A DNA stretch of 64,000 nucleotides from Phaeodactylibacter sp. (lineage in GTDB: Bacteria > Bacteroidota > Bacteroidia > Chitinophagales > Saprospiraceae), in the NCBI GenBank assembly GCA_020436535.1, contig JAGQXQ010000110.1, positions 368 to 64,367 of the forward strand. Reading direction: 5' to 3'. The notes under the pieces are model-generated. The model saw only the letters and a program-made list of their open reading frames with translations, was not told the origin of the DNA and made no database searches. The position numbers were made by a program, and so were the translations under genes. How positions within the stretch are numbered: position 1 is the first letter of the stretch; every line of letters starts with the position of its first letter. Of the stretch, positions 61,885 through 64,000 are shown in pieces.

Positions 61885-63783
61885 TTATTTTTTTCGTTTT
61901 TTCTGTTGTTGTGTTTCCTTTTGTCCCTGGACACGCTGCTGCTCTTTGAGCGCAGTTTCCAGCCGCTGCTGAAACCCACCTTTTTTCTTGGGTTTCTTCC
62001 GGTACGCTTCCAGTTCCTTTTCGATCTTTTCGTTATCGATGATGTAATTCTTGGTTACAATGGTCTGCGTGATGTTGAAGAGGTTACTAAAGAGCAGGTA
62101 ACAAGTCAGCCCCGAAGCAAAGGTATTGAAGAAACCCAGGAACATGACCGGCATGATATACTGCATGTATTTCATGGCAGGGTTGGCCGACATATCCATG
62201 TGGCGGGTATTATAATAGGTATAGATCAGGGTAGTCACCGCCCAAAGGACTGTAAACAAACTGATATGGGCTCCCATGTGAAAAGGCAACTCAAAAGGCA
62301 GATTGACAAATACATCGTAGGAAGAGAGGTCATCCGCCCAAAGAAAGCCGGCTTGCCGAAACTCGATAGAAGCCGGGAAAAAGCGGTACAGGGCAAACCA
62401 GATCGGCATCTGCAACACCATCGGCATGCAGCCCCCCAGTGGGTTTACCCCAAATTCCCGATAGAGTTTCATGGTTTCCATTTGTTGTGCCTGGGGGTCC
62501 TCTTTAAACTTTTCTTTCATCCCTTCCAGCCGTGGCTTCAGAGCGCCCATCTTCGACTGAGAGTAGAGCATCCGGTAAGTGAGCGGATAGAGTAAAAGTT
62601 TGACGATGAGGGTCAGAAAGAGAATAACAATGCCCTTACTTCCAATAAAACTGGACAGGAAGTTGAACAAGGGGCGAATCACCCATCGGTTGATCGTTCC
62701 AAAAATACTCCAACCAAAAGGGATGACATCTTCCAGGTCATTGCCCAGCGCATTCAAGCGGTCAAACTCGTTGGGCCCAACGTAGAACTCCATGGCAAAG
62801 GCTTCGCTTGCCTCATGCTTGTAAGGAACGTTGATCTCCGAAACAAGCAGTTTAAGGTCTTCCGCATCCTCCGGCAACATCTTCGTTTCGAGGGTGGCCC
62901 CATCGAAGGCGTCTTCTGCCACCAGGGAACTGTTGAAGAACTGGTTGGCGTTGGATACCCATTTCACGCGCTTGCCGGCCACCTCCTCTCTGTCATCAGA
63001 GGTACAAGAGCAATAATCAGGATCTTCATCGACCGGTTTGAAGTAAACACTGGAATAACGGCGTTCGTATGTGGTGTTTTTCTCCAATTTGCCGAGGTAA
63101 TTGACCCAATTGAGACGGATCTCATCCGAATTCTGGCTGATCAGCGTATTGAGGTTTTCAAATTTGATATCGTATTCGATATTATAGGTTCCGTCGACTA
63201 TTTTATATTCCTGTTCGAAATAACCGCCATTATCTGCCAACGCCCGGAAGGTAACAGACTGCTTATCCGCTTTCACTACCTCGAAATACAAATCGCCACT
63301 GCTGACCCCGCCGGTAGGCAGGTTGGCGATCGGGAAGAAATATTCGAACTTATTTTTCTCGTCCTCAAGTAAAGAAAGAGGTACTTTAACATCCTTGCCT
63401 TTTTCTTTACCAACGATCCTGAAATAATTTTTCAGCAGTGCGTCCTTAATCCGTCCGCCTTTGTTGCTAAAGGTCAGCTTGAAGAGGTCATTTTCCAGGA
63501 TGACATCCTGGTCCGTTCCGGAAGCAGCGCCACTAAAGGGGCCGAAGGCAGCCTGCTGACGCAGGAGCTTGAGAGTGTCCGCTTCTGTTTCTACCAAAGC
63601 CAGGCCGGAAGTCGTGTCTTCCTCAATTTCCTCTAAGTTATCCTGTCGTTGTTGAACCGCTTCGATCGAATCCTGCCGTTGTTGCTGCTCCTGGATCTCT
63701 TCCTCTGAAGGCTGCATAACCTGTTGCCAGGCCAACAGTAAAATAAAAATAAGCGTTAAACCAATTATCGTATTCCTATCCAT
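61885..63783 (-). CDS. yidC: Membrane protein insertase YidC (long Bacteroidota form)
   Basis: N-terminus MDRNTIIGLTLIFILLLAWQQ starts at ATG 63781-63783 (the track ORF extends to 63846). Large periplasmic domain. Conserved core ...PLGGCMPMVLQMPIWFALYRFF.... Lys/Gln-rich C-terminal tail. Confidence 0.85.
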   Translation of the reverse strand: MDRNTIIGLTLIFILLLAWQQVMQPSEEEIQEQQQRQDSIEAVQQRQDNLEEIEEDTTSGLALVETEADTLKLLRQQAAFGPFSGAASGTDQDVILENDLFKLTFSNKGGRIKDALLKNYFRIVGKEKGKDVKVPLSLLEDEKNKFEYFFPIANLPTGGVSSGDLYFEVVKADKQSVTFRALADNGGYFEQEYKIVDGTYNIEYDIKFENLNTLISQNSDEIRLNWVNYLGKLEKNTTYERRYSSVYFKPVDEDPDYCSCTSDDREEVAGKRVKWVSNANQFFNSSLVAEDAFDGATLETKMLPEDAEDLKLLVSEINVPYKHEASEAFAMEFYVGPNEFDRLNALGNDLEDVIPFGWSIFGTINRWVIRPLFNFLSSFIGSKGIVILFLTLIVKLLLYPLTYRMLYSQSKMGALKPRLEGMKEKFKEDPQAQQMETMKLYREFGVNPLGGCMPMVLQMPIWFALYRFFPASIEFRQAGFLWADDLSSYDVFVNLPFELPFHMGAHISLFTVLWAVTTLIYTYYNTRHMDMSANPAMKYMQYIMPVMFLGFFNTFASGLTCYLLFSNLFNITQTIVTKNYIIDNEKIEKELEAYRKKPKKKGGFQQRLETALKEQQRVQGQKETQQQKKRKK

Positions 63784-64000
63784 CAATTCAGCTTTAGGAC
63801 AAATGAAACAGGCTGCGATAAACAGCCATGTGGGAAAGCCCCCCACTCAGGTTTCTAATCCTACTTTTATGAAAATCAATACTTTACAGCGTAACCAATG
63901 AAACGAAACGCTCCATTCCTTCGCAAAGCACCGCAAAGGTACAATTTTGTAAGTTGATACCGTAACCCGAATAGATGATTATTGTTCAGGCTTCGACGAA

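Noticed and set aside
61813-62595. 260-aa plus-strand ORF
   Set aside because: It is antisense to the conserved core of yidC, so it is a shadow ORF.
63986-64000. Possible 3' end of another minus-strand gene (reads ...FVEA-stop), which could be pyrG, often found upstream of yidC in Bacteroidota
   Set aside because: Only four codons are inside the window, the frame cannot be verified, and there is no support.
1-64000. Search for tRNA, rRNA, tmRNA, RNase P, SRP RNA and CRISPR repeats in all intergenic spacers
   Set aside because: I saw no cloverleaf-compatible sequence, no conserved ncRNA signature and no regularly spaced repeat. A proper tRNAscan/Infernal run would be needed to exclude small RNAs.

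Overview
This looks like a chromosomal segment of a Bacteroidota bacterium. The evidence is a SusC/SusD pair, lipoprotein boxes, and six proteins ending in T9SS-type C-terminal sorting domains; the genus cannot be determined from the sequence. Layout: (1) 1-27.9 kb is almost entirely a minus-strand fructan (levan/inulin) polysaccharide utilization locus (PUL). In transcription order it encodes a hybrid two-component sensor, an MFS sugar porter, a fructokinase, SusC, SusD, a DUF4960-like surface lipoprotein, two large tandem FG-GAP/UnbV_ASPIC lipoproteins, GH32, a third shorter FG-GAP/UnbV_ASPIC protein, GH32 and GH32. A truncated haloperoxidase-like gene sits at the left edge. (2) 28-43 kb holds housekeeping and envelope genes: CCA-adding enzyme family, dusB, nhaD, a lipoprotein, a DUF4403-like protein, a secreted tandem-PDZ protein, a BNR/sortilin-like protein, a class A PBP, a small HTH protein and tRNA m6A37 methyltransferase. 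(3) 43.06-49.43 kb is a visibly AT-richer three-gene block: a secreted lamin-tail-domain protein, a SusD-less TonB-dependent receptor, and a secreted double-HKD phospholipase-D/nuclease-family protein. I interpret it as a candidate extracellular DNA or phosphodiester scavenging system, possibly horizontally acquired. (4) 49.4-64 kb holds a Pif1-family helicase, a membrane-anchored DUF4230-like protein, an orphan LuxR-type response regulator, a 3xLysM protein, a CNNM/CBS transporter, a PfkB kinase, glpD, a GH31 alpha-glucosidase and yidC. I recognised no rRNA, tRNA, CRISPR array, transposase or integrase. The two most interesting items are the FG-GAP/UnbV_ASPIC proteins interleaved with the GH32 enzymes in the fructan PUL and the AT-rich LTD-TBDR-PLD block. 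All family calls rest on motif recognition by eye, with no database search.
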